NCBI GenBank assembly: GCA_030390025.1
Contig: CM059431.1
Coordinates: 114,392,001 to 114,456,000 of the forward strand
From: Squalus acanthias
Lineage: Eukaryota
Direction: 5' to 3'
Length of the DNA: 64,000 bases
Shown here: positions 48,891 to 62,368 of the stretch, one piece after another
Position numbering within the stretch: the first letter of the stretch is position 1
Layout of the letters: each line of letters opens with the position of its first letter
The notes under the pieces: model-generated
Database searches by the model: none
What the model was told of the DNA's origin: nothing
What the model saw: only the letters and a program-made list of their open reading frames with translations
Made by a program: the position numbers and the translations under genes

Positions 48891-49859
48891 GGTGTTTGCC
48901 TCAACAGGGGTGAGAAGGTGAAGTGTCTGAGTGAAACTTTTGCCTCACTGTAGGGTGTGGGGAGCTAATTTTACTTCAGTGGAAGAGTTCAGCGATGTGA
49001 TTTATTGCCTCGGCAGGAGATAGTGGAAGATTACAGTGAGCTAATTTTGCTTCAGCAGAATGGGGAGGATTGTACAGTATCTATGGTGGGGGGGGCGGCA
49101 CCTCGACAGGAGGGGGTTGGTTCTAGATTCTGCTATATTGGTTGATAGTTTGACATATTTTGATTTTCTGCATCAGTGATAAGTGATCCAGATTCCGATT
49201 TCTACCTCAGAGAGGGGTTGAGTTCATGTTTTCTTAGTCTGATCAGAGGATGGGGGGTGGGGGTGGGGGGGGCGTTAGTTTCCCAATTCTACTTCAGTGG
49301 GGGTGGGGGGGGGGGGAGAGTCAGGATGGTCATTGTCATTGGCTAGTACTTCGACTGTGTGTTTCTCTCCCGTCCATGGAAGGTTAAAGGTTTTGAGCAG
49401 TTTCCTTGTCCCCGTTGAGGAGTTTCCGAGAGTTAGTAGCATTATTCCTGGCTTGTCTCTGCACAGGTGGTTTGATGGTTTTCCTGTCGGGTTGTACAGA
49501 AGTCCGAGATATAATTACAGAGCTTTACAGCCGTTCGCTCATTTTCCTGCTATGTTATGAGAATTAATTGGCTGTGTTCCATAAGGCCTGGTTTGGTTGC
49601 AGTCAGCCGCAGGTATCTTTCAGCTCATTTCTACCATTCACTTTTTAATCCTTTTAGCAGTTCAAACCTTTTTTTCTACAATTCTTTTTTCTTCTTTCTG
49701 TGTGGTTGCAAAGGCGACTTTTTAATTTTTGCTTCAGGGTGCCGTCACATAATGTTATGTCATGTGCTGTTACGCTCACAGCGCCAACCACAGGTGATTT
49801 TTTTTAAAAGATGCAATAAATAATTGACCTGTCAGTTACTCCAGTTTAGTTTACATTTA

Positions 49860-50706
49860 CATCCCTTTCTCTCATCTGCTAAAATCATTTACTACATTCG
49901 GATCATTCTGGAAGGCAAAAGTATTCCCCAGCTTCTTTTCTGGGCAACCAACTGTCTCCTTAAACCCCACCACAAACTCCATTCCCTCACCACTGATTCC
50001 ATCCCCGTCTCAGGCTAAAGCAGACCTTTCGCAATCTCTGCATCCTAGTCGACCCTGAGCTGAGCTTCCAACCTATTACACTTTCCATTACAAAGACCAG
50101 CTACTTCCTCCTCTGTAACAACGCTCACCTCTGCTCCTGCCCCATCCCAACTGCTACCGAAACCCTTATCCATGCCACTGTCACCTCCTGACTCAACTAT
50201 TCCAATGCTCTCTTGGCTGTCCTCCCATTCTCCATCCTCCGTAAACTTCAGTTCATCTGAAACACTGCTGCGCGTATCCTATCCTGCACCAAGTCCCACT
50301 CATCCATCAGCGCCCCTGTGTTCGATGACTTACATTGACTCAATGCCTCTAATTTAAAATTCTCCTTCTTGCGTTTAAATCCCATCATGGATTCATCATT
50401 CCTACCTCTAATGTACTCCAGCTCAACAACCCTCAGAGGACTCTGTGTTCCACCACTGGCGAACATGCCTGCAACAGTCGAGCCCCAAAGCTCTGGAAAC
50501 TCCTCCCTAAAGCACTCTTCCTCTCCACCTCTCTCTCCTCCTTTAAGACCCTCCTTAAAAACGCACATCTTTGACCAAGCTTTCGATCACCCCTCCGAAT
50601 ATCTTCTTCTTTGGTTCGGTGTCGATTTTTGTCCAATTACGCCTCGGCGTAGCACTTTGGGACATTTTTCTTTTTTATAGGCGCTATATAATTGCAAGTT
50701 GTTGTT
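49860..50706 (+). mobile_element. Internally deleted L2 fragment
   Basis: 49860-49968 resembles 15060-15160, then jumps to the post-RT region. L2 tail GGCGCTATATAATTGCAAGTTGTTG. Confidence 0.8.
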
Positions 50707-51489
50707 CTTGTACCTCTGTGGTTTTAATATACTGGTCAGACACAGTAGAGCATTTTTTTTATCATTACTTATTCATTCTCTGTATTTCCACATAAGGTTT
50801 TGTAATTCCAATGGCTATTACCTTGTGACAGTTTAGTGTCAGTAGGCTATTTGGCTGTGGAAGGCACCAAGCCCAACCCAGTCCTCATCCAGTATCTGCA
50901 CAGATGTACTTGCAGTAGAGGTCATTAGATAGTAATCATAAGTAGGAACTGTGTCCTTCCCTAATTCTGGGTTATTGTAAGCAATTACCACTGCCCTGCT
51001 TGAGATCAACTAGAATGAAGCTCAATTGTCCTTCCCTTTCTATTCAATAGCTGGCATTCTGTACAGACACTTGTGTTGAATATTTTGTGATTAAGCTTGT
51101 AGCTGAAGGATTGCTACATGCTACAGTCCTGAGGGTTTTGAGATTTACAGGGTTCCGAGAAGCACACACAAACTATGCTATTAACATGATACAGCTGGCT
51201 GGAGAGAACCATTTGTTTTTTCTTGATTAGCTCCCAGTTTATGAGGCGTGTGCTTGAGATGTTGGTTGGTGTTCAGCCCCCTGCTGCTTAACAAACCAGA
51301 TCCATAGAAACATTTTCAGCTCACTGAGCAGTGATGCCTCCTTTAAAACTGCAGTGTAATCAAAATGTAAATAACACTGGAGTAACTGACAGTGCAAACA
51401 AGTCAATTATTTATGCATTTTTAAAAAACATTTTTAGTATGACATCACAGGGCCCTATTTTCTAAGAGACAGCTGCAGAAATATCATGG

Positions 51490-52300
51490 CAAATGAGTTC
51501 GAAATTGCAGTTGTAAGTGACTTGGGAGAGAGTTCTTTAAGGGGCAGATGAAGAAGGAAGTGGGGTTGGAAGGGGGTAGGGCAATGTGGATGGTGAGAGA
51601 TACGAGGAAGTGATTGAAGAATGCCTTATCAGTGATTGAGACCATGGGAGCAGGGAGGCCACAGGAGAAGGTAAGGTTGATGAAGTGGCCCTGAATATGG
51701 ATAGGAGAAAGAGAAATATGAGTATGGAGAGAGAGGTTTAGCGATGACAGGAGGGCAGTGAATTCAGAGGAGAGAGAGAGCAAAGGGAGCCGAGATAAAG
51801 ATTGAAATCACCATGGATCAGGAGTTGCTCAGTGCAATTGCTCAGGGAGGGAAGGAGGGAAGATATCTCTGGAAGAAACTTTGAGCAGTGGGGGGTGGGG
51901 GGGAATGATAGGATTGATAGACAACAAGGATTTTAAAGGAGAGGCAAGAGGGGTGGAACAGAGTGAGGTGCTGGAAGGAGGAGAAGGTACCGGAGGAGTA
52001 GGAGAAGAGACCAAGGTGTGACTTGGTGGTATGGCCCACAGCTTAGCACCAAAGTTGGACAGTATGGGCAGGTAGTGGAAAATATAGCCTGGCGTGGAGA
52101 CTTCGGCATGGTGTCGCCACCTGTGAGCCATGTTTCAGTCAAGGCCACGATGTCAACGCAATCATCCAAAATAAGGTTAGGGTTGGCAAGGGCCTTCTTT
52201 GTGAGGGAACAGATATTCTGGAGGGAAATGCAGAGTGGGGCAGTGCTTGTTAATCCACTGGCAGAGTCCAAAATGTGCAGGCAGCACGCGCACCAAACAG
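51490..52300 (-). mobile_element. L2 APE-domain fragment
   Basis: ISLQNICSLTKKAL...DIVALTETWL; LSSEFTALLSSLNLSLH. Confidence 0.85.
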
Positions 52301-52302
52301 TA

Positions 52303-52860
52303 GGCCCGAGTTTGGGCCTCAGGCCTCATTAACATTTGTTGCGCGAGCTGCCAACCTCTGTCGCACCTTCACAGGTAGCTCGCGCATTTGAAGAGGACGA
52401 ATGTCGGGCCGCTTGCCTCGCCGGCAGCAGCCCGGAGTTAAGTCCCGGGAGGGGGTTCCAGTGGACAGCGAGGGACGGGACAGACATCCTGGGAACTGTG
52501 GGGTTGGGGGAGCCCTCCCACTCCTCCTCGCTCCACAGGAAGGTTTCTTTCCTATAACGTACCTGTCGTTGGTGGCCGCTGAAGAATCCTGAGTCAGGCC
52601 GGCCCAATGCCTGTCCCCGCTTATCACTGACCAATTTCTGTGAGGGGACCTAAACCAGGCATTAGGGCCCTCATTTGCATATGTAAGGGACCTAATGCTT
52701 GTTTTCGGCAGCCGCCAAGGACGCCTAAAAAAAATGGCTCATCCCAATTTTGGGTTAAATATTTTTCAGGTGTCCTTGGGTTGCAGGACATTGGGGCCTG
52801 AAATCGGGCCTCATAATGTCCGTTTTGCGCCCGTAAAATGGACGCAACAAGGTCCAATAG
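52303..52860. mobile_element. GC-rich Harbinger-type MITE remnant
   Basis: CpG-rich, with GAGCCCTCCCACTCCTCC..GCTCCACAG and CTCATTTGCATAT motifs like other MITEs here. Confidence 0.55.
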
Positions 52861-55074
52861 TTTTTTTTAGCTTTTATTGTTGGATCCTAAGTACGTCCAT
52901 ATTTTCATTCACTTTGTACGTGAAATAGACAAGGGTTAACTTGGAAAAAGCGAAGGACAGGACTATGCTAACTGTTCCCTTGCACATAGGATTCTTTGAA
53001 TGAAACTCAGCACTTCTGCATTACCATAAGACTGGATATGTTACAAAATAAATGCTACCATAGTGCATAAAAATGCTTTGAATCTGCTGGTTATAACACC
53101 GTAGATCTTATGAACATTAAACCGTTTAAAGTGTAGTTCAAGGTACAGTATAATAAGCTTTCTTAACACTGAGGTTAGCATATGTTAAGTTATCGTTGCT
53201 GCTGCTGTGCTGCTGGCTTGGAGGCTCTTCCTTTTAGAGATTTTCTTTTTGGTATGGAGAACAAGTACTTGGAGATGTTTGCGCTGCCAAGCTGTTGACA
53301 TCAAACGCCAGTAAAGAGACACCTCTTTACACGAAAAGGTGGTTGAGTAAAAGGCCAAGCTGCCTCACTGATCTGTGCGGAGCAAAGCTGAAGGGAGCCA
53401 GAGAGCTGCCAAGTGGTTTCCCCGTATATCTGCCGTGCAGGAGTTCAGATAAATAAAAGAGCTGTCACACTGCCACTTTTGTCTTTGTGCAGCAAAACAG
53501 TCTAATCGCGCTCCGTTATTGTACATGTAATCTTCCTTTCAGTTCGACTGGCTGCAAGCCGCCCATTCTTTCTCAATGAAAGACAAGTCATTCATCCTCA
53601 ACACAAAAATGTATGTAAATAAAGGATGCTAATTGTTAATTGCTATTATTAATATGGTCTGATGCAGCTTTGTTTCCTTCCCTTTAATTGCAACATAAAA
53701 CCCTGTAGTAAAATGTTGGGCCGTGACTGGGACTGATAACCGTGGGATATACAATCACTCGAAATAGTTGTCAGGATGCATTGTACTAGACAGTGTCTGT
53801 AAAGGCCGAACCCATTTTTTCAAATGCCTGCAGGTCTTGTCAAGTACAATAATGTATTCTATTGTAGAATTGACACCTTTTTTTTTGCCATAAATTGCCT
53901 CAAATGTTGTATTTTTCTTTTACAGATTAGAACCACTTGTTTTGTTCCATTGGCACATTCAAACAATGTCACATTTTACCCCAAATCGTATTTATTTTGC
54001 AATTTTTTTTTAACGTGAAAGACAAAGCCTAATGTGTAACATACACCGTATGAAAGATTGTACTTAATCACAGCGATAGCTTAAGGACAATTCTACACTA
54101 TTTGAGTAACAATTCTGGCTAGATTATTGGATGGGAAAGGCCTTCACTAGTCTAGGGCCACCATGAGGAATAAGGCCCAGAAATTATTACTGTAGGCCCC
54201 ATAAATGTGCACAATATAAACTGTGGATAATAATTTGTTTAAAAGTCATTAATAGGAAACTGATCATAGAGATCTGATATTAAGAGTTTACCTATATAGA
54301 TTATTATTCAATCAGGCAATGATGTCCAAATATGCAGAGTGTATGATGTAATAAATGTCTTGCATGGAGGGTAATACCAGACAAATAAAATGGAAGCTAT
54401 AGGGGTACATATAGCGATAGTGTAAAACGGGTGATAGCGAATCAGCAGCCTGTTTTACATCTTTCCCGATTTTAATTCCCATTGACTTCAGAGGGGCTGA
54501 ATGGCCTACTCTTGGTCAAATGTTCCTATGATTCCTAGGGGTAGAAAGGGGACCACAAGAGGATTCTGAAGACTTTGAAAAGTACCTGATGCTAGCTACA
54601 AGAGCCATTTAGCAGTACTTTCATACAGGAGACCGTCTCCTAAATTGGTTGTGCCCACTGCATTAACTGTCCTGCCTGCATCTCCCCCATTTGTCCTTCA
54701 CCTAAAGCACCTTAAATCTTCCAGGCAAATATCACAATCATGTCATCAAACATGTCGTGTGTTGAGTGTTTATGGTTTTCTTCCATGCTGCTTCCCCATT
54801 AAACCTTGTCTGAGCTGGCTTTAGGGTCTATGGCATAAAGCGGGAGCAGGGGTACAGCTCCACTGCAGATATCCCCATGCTCCCTGGTGGACTGTGGTTT
54901 TGCGGCAATATCATTCAAGGCTGCGTAAATGCAGCTAGTGGACTCCGCCACATAAGCCATCATCTCCAGCATGCTGTTTGGCTCAGTCTCCTGTAACGGC
55001 ACAAATGCACAATGCTCCGGAAGTATCCTGCTTTGGAAAACATATCCCATCAGATTGATATCAGGGCTCATCAT

Positions 55075-55435
55075 AGGTTTTGATAGAGTGGATACAGAGA
55101 GAATGTTTCCACTTGTGGGGAAGAGCATAACTAGAGGCCATCAATATAAGATAGTCACCAAGAAATCCAATCGGGAATTCAGAAGAAACTTCTTTACCCA
55201 AAGAGTGGTAAGAATGTGGAATTTGCTACCACAGGGAGTGGTTGAAGCGAATAGTATAGATGCATTTAAGGAGGGGCTAGACAAGCATATGAGGGAGAAG
55301 GGAATAGAGGGTTATGTTGATAGATTTAGATGAGGAAAGGCGGGAGGAGGCTCGTGTGGAGCATAAACGTCGGCATGGACTGGTTGGGCCGAATGGCCTG
55401 TTTCTGTGCCGTATATCCTATGTAATCTTATGTAA
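55075..55435 (+). mobile_element. CR1 3' end
   Basis: FDRVDTERMFPLVG...TRGH...FFTQRVVRMWNLLP, with TATGTAATC tail repeats. Confidence 0.92.
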
Positions 55436-58082
55436 TCATAGAATCATAGAATGTTTACAGCACAGAAGGACACCATTTGGCCCGTCAAGCCCATGCCAGC
55501 TCTCTGCAAGAGTACTTCAGCTAGTCCCACTCCCCGCCCTTTCCCCGTAGTCCTGCAATTTTTTTTCCTTCAGATACTTATCCAATTCCCTTTTGAAAGC
55601 CACAATTGTGTCTGCCTCCACCACCCTTTCAGGCAATACATTCCAGATCCTAACCACTCGCTGCGTATAAAAGTTTTTCCTCATGTCGCTTTTGGTTCTT
55701 TTGCCAATCACCTTAAATCTGTGTCCTCTGGTTCTCAACGCTTCTGCCAATGGGAACAGTTTCTCTCTATCTGCTCTGTCTGGACCCCTCATGATTTTGA
55801 GCACCTCTATCAAATCTCCTCTCAACCTTCTCTGCTCTAAGGAGAACAACCCCAGCTTCTCTAATCTATCCACGTAACTGAAGTCCTTCATCTCTGGAAT
55901 CATTCTCGTAGATCTTTTCTGCACCCTCTCTAAGGCCTTCACATGCTTCCGAAAGTGCAGTGCCCAGAATTGGACACAGTACTCCAGTTGAGGCCGAACC
56001 AGTGTTTTATAAAGGTGCATCCTAACTTCTTTGCTTTTGTACTCCATGGGCTGGATTTTGCTAATGGGGAGCTTTTGGAGCCGGGACTCCCACTTGTCGG
56101 GTCTCAGTCCCGCCTCCATCAACTTCTGGCCAACCCACGCTGTTTTCCCTTGATCGACCTTGTTAAGCCTGCCCAGTGGGCTTAGCAGGCCAAGTAAGGG
56201 GAAGCCGGTTACAGAGAACGTCAGTGTATGTCGTTTCATCTGTCAAAAAATTTTGACAGATGAATTGTCATCGTTTGACAGCTCTGTGAAGCTGTCAAAC
56301 ACTGACATTCTCTGTAGTTTAATGAGTTCTTGAATTCAAGACCTCATCAAACCTCTTTCTTTTGCAGAAATTAGATGGTTGTTGCATTGGAGAATGCAAC
56401 GGCCATCTGTCATCTCAGCCGCAGAGGTGCGAGACTCTCCGCATACCCACCGATTGAAGCCTGCAGGAAGAAACAAAGGTAAGTACACTTTTTCTAACAC
56501 TTTCCACTTACCTCACATACTCACCTCTCCACACTTGCACCCATCACTTACCTTCACAGCGCACTTTTGCACCCCTCCGACCCCCGCAGACCCACTACTC
56601 GCCTCGGTGACCCTGGTGGGTTTCGTAGCCTTCGGGAAGCCCGCACTTGTGTGGGCAAAATGGGGATAATCCTCTTATCTGCCTGTTAACTACTTGTTAA
56701 CAGGCAGTTAAGTGGCTGTAATCCCTTCCCGCCTCCAACGAGACGGGACCCGGCACGGGACGGCTTCCTGCCTCCTGGCAAGATGGCACGGAGGCGGGTT
56801 GGGGGCGGGTTGGGCACCCGCCCCCAAATTCTGCCATTTTCCCGGCAGTCTCACCTCCAAACCCGCCTCCCCAGGGCTGGCAAAATCCAGCCCATGCCTC
56901 TATTTATGAAGTCCAGTATCCCGTTTGCTTTCTTAACCGCTTTCTCAACCTGCCCTGCCACCTTCAACGATTTGTGCACATATACCCCCAGATCTCTCTG
57001 TTCATGCACCCCCTTTAGGATTGTACCCTTTAGTTTCTATTGCCTCTCCTCGTTCTTCCTACCAAAATGTATCACTTCGCACTTTTCTGCATTAAATTTA
57101 ATCTGCCACGTGTCCGCCCATTTCACCAGCCTGTCTATGTCCTCTTGAAGTCTTCACTATCCTCCTCACTGTTCACTATACTTTCAAGTTTTGTGTCATC
57201 TGCAAATTTTGAAATTTTACCCTGTACACCCAAGTCCAAGTCATTAATATATAGCAAGAAAAGCACTGGTCCTAGTATACATTCCTCCAGTCCGAAAAAC
57301 AACCATTCACCACTACTCGCTGTTTCCTGTCACTTAGCCAATTTTGTACCCATGCTGCCACTCTCGCTCTTATTCCATGGGCTTCAACTTTGCTGGCAAG
57401 CCTATTATGTGGCACGTTATCAAACGTCTTTTGGAAATCCATATACACCACGTCAACCGCATTGCCTTTATCAACCCTCTCTGTTACCTCATCAAAAAAC
57501 TCGATCAAGTTAGTTAAACACGATTTGCCTTTAACAAATCTGTGCTGGCTTTCCTTAATTAATCCATTCTTGTCCCCGATTATCATTTCCAAAAGCTTCC
57601 ACACTACTGAGGTTAAACTGACTGGCCTGTAATTCCTGGTTTTATCCTTACACACTTTTTGAAGAAGGGTGTAGCATTTGCAATTCTACAGTCCTCTGGC
57701 ACCACCCCTGTATCTAAGGAGGATTGGAAGATTATGGTCAGTACCTCTGCAATTTCCTCCTTAACCTCCCTCAGCATCCTAGGATGCATTCCATCTGGTC
57801 CTGGTGACTTATCAACTTTAAGTACAGACAGCCTTTATAGTACCTCCTCTATCAATTTTTATCTCATCCTGTATCTCCTCTACCTCCTCTTTCACTATAA
57901 CTTTGGCAGCATCTTCTTCCTTGATGAAGACAGATGCAAAGTATTCATTTAGTACCTCAGCCATGTGCTCTGCCTCCGTGCGTAGGTCTCCTTTTTGGTC
58001 CCTAATCGGCCCCACCCCTCCTCTTACTACCCATTTATTATTTATGTGCCTATAGAAGACTTTTGAATTCCCTTTTATGTTA
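55436..58082 (-). mobile_element. CR1 LINE (RT region to 3' end), tail-to-tail with the previous copy and split by a MITE
   Basis: NYRPVSLTS, DFQKTFD, RPQLEYCVQFW; (ATTCTATG)n tail. Confidence 0.95.
56048..56893. mobile_element. Harbinger-type MITE in CR1
   Basis: Perfect TIRs GGGCTGGATTTTGC/GCAAAATCCAGCCC, inserted in CTCC-AT-GCC of the CR1. Confidence 0.9.
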
Positions 58083-58214
58083 TCAATCGGAGAGATACAC
58101 AAGCTGGTCCTCCAAACAGCAGCTTCATGCTCCTCCACTGCAGCCACCAACTGCTCCTGCTCATTCATGCTCTCTATTTCACCTATTGCATGCCCCTCTA
58201 CCTCACTATCTAAA

Positions 58215-58460
58215 ACCCTTGGGTGAATATACCTGAACTGGTGCTTGAGAGGGATAGAGTTAGTGACAGTGCATATTGTGAAGCCCTGTGCGTATTTAAC
58301 CACTTCCATTTTGTGATTGTGAATTCTGCTTCTACGTCTACCAACTCTGTGTAAAAATAAATTCTCCCAACCGCTGCTTTTGTTCTTCTTGCGATGATCT
58401 TAAATTTATGCTCTCTGGTTACTGATTCACCAAGCAGTGGAAACACTTTTTCTTATCAAA
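58215..58460 (-). mobile_element. Old CR1 3' fragment
   Basis: FPLLGESVTREHKFKII. Confidence 0.65.
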
Positions 58461-59734
58461 ATTCGTCACCTGTAGCTTCCAATAGGAGTGACATGGTGAA
58501 GAGCTTCAGCATATGCTGTATTACCAATGAGTAAACAAGAGAATAGGATAATAAGAAAGACTAGGAAAATGTGGTTAGCACAAACCTTGAGCTGAGGCAT
58601 GTCCTCCTACTTCCCTATCTCCAACCCCAGGTAGGACCTCTTTTCCCAGGATTTGCAGAAGCATCTGGTTGCCTGCTGAACTGTTCAGTTTCCAAAATGT
58701 AGGGTGTTTACCTCTTTAAGCCCCTGCAGCCTATAAATCCAGCATCAGTATGTACTTTGCCATCCAGCAACAAGATCCCAATCGCTAGTGTTTCCATGGT
58801 TGAAGCTCCCTTAGATTATGCAGTTGACCCTGACCCCAGAATTATGCATGGGATCAGCGCACGAGGGATTGGATTTTTTTCACACTGCCCCAATTCCAGT
58901 TGTACTTAAGCCCAATCAGAAAATCTCGGCTAATTTATTCGTCAAAATGTTTGTAACATAGCTGGAATGTTAGTGTGCAAGGACTCTGTATTATCCAAGT
59001 TGCTTCTGATCAATTGTCTTTTTTTTTTATTTAGATTCATCAGGGAACGTTAATTGGATTTTGGAGACTTACCAAAATTTGAATCACTATTTGTCAAAGT
59101 TCCCACTTTTTATTGCTGTTTCTTGTTTTATTTTAAATGCGCTAAAGAGCTGAGTTCACATTTCAGATCTTGAGTATGTTGACCATCTGCTTAATAAAAT
59201 TGCAAGGTTAATGATTCAGATTTCAATGTAGGGGGCATGATTAAGAAGTTTGCAGATGATACAAAAATTGAGGTGGTTGATAGAGAGGAAGAAAGCTGTA
59301 GACTGCAGGAAGATATCAATGGACTGGTCAGGTGGGCAGAAAAGTGGCAAATGGAATTCAATCCAGAGAAGTGTGAGGTAATGGGGAGGGCTAACAATGC
59401 AAGGGAATACACATATATGGCAGGATACGGAGAAGTGTAGAGGAACAGAAGGACCTTGGAGTGCATGTCCACAGATCCCTGAAGGTAGCAGGACATGTAG
59501 ATAAGGTGGTTAAGAAGGCATACGGGATACTTTCCTTTATTAGCCGAGGCATAGAATATAAGAGCAGGGACATTATGCTAGCACTGTATAAAACACTTGT
59601 TAGGCCACGGCTAGAGAATTGCGTACAGTTCTGGTCACCACATTACACAAAGATGCGATTGCACTAGAGAGGGTACAGAGGAGATTTACGAGGATGTTGC
59701 CAGGACTGGAGAATTTTAGCTATGAGGAAAGATT

Positions 59735-61374
59735 GGCCCAGAAATTAAACACTGAGGGGGAGAAATTCAGTATCGCCCCATTTGGGGCGCAATTATCGGC
59801 CGGGCGCAAAGATTAGCGCCTGGCGCTAATTATCGCCACCGACTGCAAACTTGACTTTTATCGCCCCTGGAGGTGATTGCAGCGCTATATCAGGCGCTTC
59901 ACACCTGTCTTAAGGCGCAAAGGCCGAGGAGCGAGGCGCTACCTCGGAGCGCTGGCGAAGCTCATGTAATGTCAGTCAGCAATGGAACACACACACAATG
60001 GCACGGGCCAGTTCTTAAAGGGGATGGTTAATCTTGCTTTCCATCCACATCCTGCTCATTGCAGCCTTGAATCTCGGCCTGGAGAGACCTGCACATCAAA
60101 TCTGCTGGAAAGAACAATGGAGAGTACCAGGCAAAGAGCTCAGAGTGCAGCCCCCACAGTCTCTGCTAAATCGATACAAGGAATGGCAAATCAAAATGAA
60201 CCTGCAAAGTGCTGCTCAGTACCCAAAACTCCTTCACACAACGTTGAATCTCTCCTGAAGTCTCTCCCTCTCTTTCTCAGAATGCGTAGTTCAAAAATGG
60301 CACCAACAATAAAAGGCAGGAAGCGGTCACCTTTAAATAGCGCTCCCCCTTTCCCTTCATGACTGCAGAACGCTCCCCTCAACCTGTCGTTGCTAGCATC
60401 AGGCGGTAAGGCAGGGGGACGCCACTCAATATCCGCACCGGGGCGATACCGGGGTGTTGCGCACTCGAGTGACGTCATGATCTGCCGGCGCAGGAGATTG
60501 TGGCGGTAGTGTTTAGCGCCACCGCAAAATGTCTAATTAATTTCGCGAGCGGCGCAAACTTCGTCGCACCTGGGCGCTAGATGCTTTGCGCCCCATTAGC
60601 GCCCTCTTAAGGCACTAACGGGAGGCTCAACCAACTGAATTTTTCCCCCTGAGTGTTCACGCGGGGGTAAGGCTTCCCCGCGATATCTCACTCCGCGCCT
60701 ACCTTTTTCCTCCGGGCCCACACGAACTTTAGTTTCAAGGCTGCAGCTGTGCAGTGCTTGCGTGACCCAGAGACGCAATTAGTTTGTGCAAGCTCTGGGA
60801 TCACGTGATTCAGTTAGAGCCAATGGCAGCACACCATCTTTCATTCATAGTTTTAACAGCAAGGGCTGTCAAAGCTATGAATCCTACACACCCCAAAAGA
60901 ACAGCTAAACCTCAATTAAATTTAAAAAAAAAGCCATCACATTAATAAAATAAGTATAGTTAAATAAATTAGCCACTTTAAACAAAAAATTACATTTTTG
61001 AAAAATTTAAAATCTTTTTAAAAGTTATAAAAATAAACTTACCTTTCTTTAAAGTCTCTAAAAAAGATAAACCTGTTGAAAAAAATTTAAAATAATACTT
61101 AATTAACTACTTACCTTGTTAAAAGAGGGTCTTACGCCTCCTTTCTTTATGTGTAAAATCTTCCATGCTTACCTGCGCGTTCAAAGCACTAAGTGCACTG
61201 CGTGTGCGCAGCCTGTAGCGCGCACGCGGTTCACTTAGGAACCGCCCCCTTTTGAATTCACGAAGTGCCGGTTTCCCGCGCATGCGCAGTGCATGCAGGA
61301 AACCGGCAATTGGAGACCTAAAACGCGAGAGTACACAGTGCGTACTCTTGCGTATTAGGTCTAATTTTTGGGCC
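59735..61374. mobile_element. Harbinger-type MITE
   Basis: TIRs GGCCCAGAAATT/AATTTTTGGGCC. TSD ATT. Confidence 0.88.
59756..60649. mobile_element. Nested Harbinger-type MITE
   Basis: TIRs GGGGGAGAAATTCAG/CTGAATTTTTCCCCC. TSD TGA. Confidence 0.9.
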
Positions 61375-61464
61375 ATTGGATAGGCTGGGTTGTTTTCTTT
61401 AGAACAGAGAAGGCTGAGGAGAGACTTAATTGAGGTGTGTAAAATTATGAGGGGCCTAGATAGA

Positions 61465-61843
61465 GAATCATAGAATGGTTACAGCACGGAAGAAGGCCAT
61501 TTGGCCCATTGAGCCCGTGCCGGCTCTCTGAAAGAGCACTTCAGCTAGTCCCACTCCCCTGCCCTTTTCCGGAACCGTGCAATTTTTTTTCCTTCAGGTA
61601 CTTATCCAACTCTCTTTTGAAAGCCACGATTGAACCTGCCTCCACCACCCTTTCCGGCAGTGAATTCCAGATCCTAACCACTCGCTGTGTAAAAATGTTT
61701 TTCCTCATGTCGTTTTGGTTCTTCTGTCAATCACCTTAAATCTGTGTCCTCTGGTTCTCGACCCTTCTGCCACTGGGAACAGTTTCTATCTACCCTGTCC
61801 AGACCCCTCATGATTTTGAACACCTCTATCAAATCTCCTCTCC
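61465..61843 (-). mobile_element. CR1 3' end inserted antisense into CR1
   Basis: Near-identical to 24966-25360. Confidence 0.9.
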
Positions 61844-62368
61844 TAGAATGGATAGGAAGCACCTATTTCCCTTAGCAGAGAGGTCAATAACCAGGGGTCA
61901 TAGATTTAAAGTAATTGGTAGAAGGATTAGAGGGGAGTTGAGGAGAAATTTTTCACCCAGAGGGTGGTGGGGGTCTGGAATGCACTGCCTGAAAGGGTAG
62001 CAGAGGCAGAAACGTTCATCACATTTAAAAAGTACTTAGATATGCACTTGAAGTGCCGTAACCTGCAAGGCTACGGACCAAGAGCTGGAAAGTGGGATTA
62101 GGCTGGATAGATCTTTTTCGACTGGCGCAGACACGATGGGCAGAATGGTCTCCTTCTGTGCCGTAAATTTCTATGATTCTATGATTCTAACAATTTTAAA
62201 TGGTTTTAAAGGATACAGTTAAGTATCTTATATCTTTTTCTAGAAATAATCTGGTAAGAACTGCCACTTTTATCTTTGTGTAGAATGAAATCGAATTGTG
62301 TTTCAAGCTGCAATCTGTTGGTGGGATGTCTACAATTTTCATTGACAAAAGAAAAGCAAAACCCCGGA

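Larger units (their letters stand above)
59210..62190 (+). mobile_element. CR1 3' half with three nested insertions
   Basis: IKKFADDTK...WQMEFNPEKC. The 3' end resembles 45650-45970. Confidence 0.93.

Noticed and set aside
54799..55075. Minus-strand ORF segment (…MLEMMAYVAESTSCIYAALNDIAAK…) as a host exon
   Set aside because: No recognisable domain or convincing splice sites. It might be a decayed transposon ORF, but I cannot support a call.
55517..56239. 240-aa ORF
   Set aside because: Chance read-through from a MITE into the CR1 ORF2 C-terminus.
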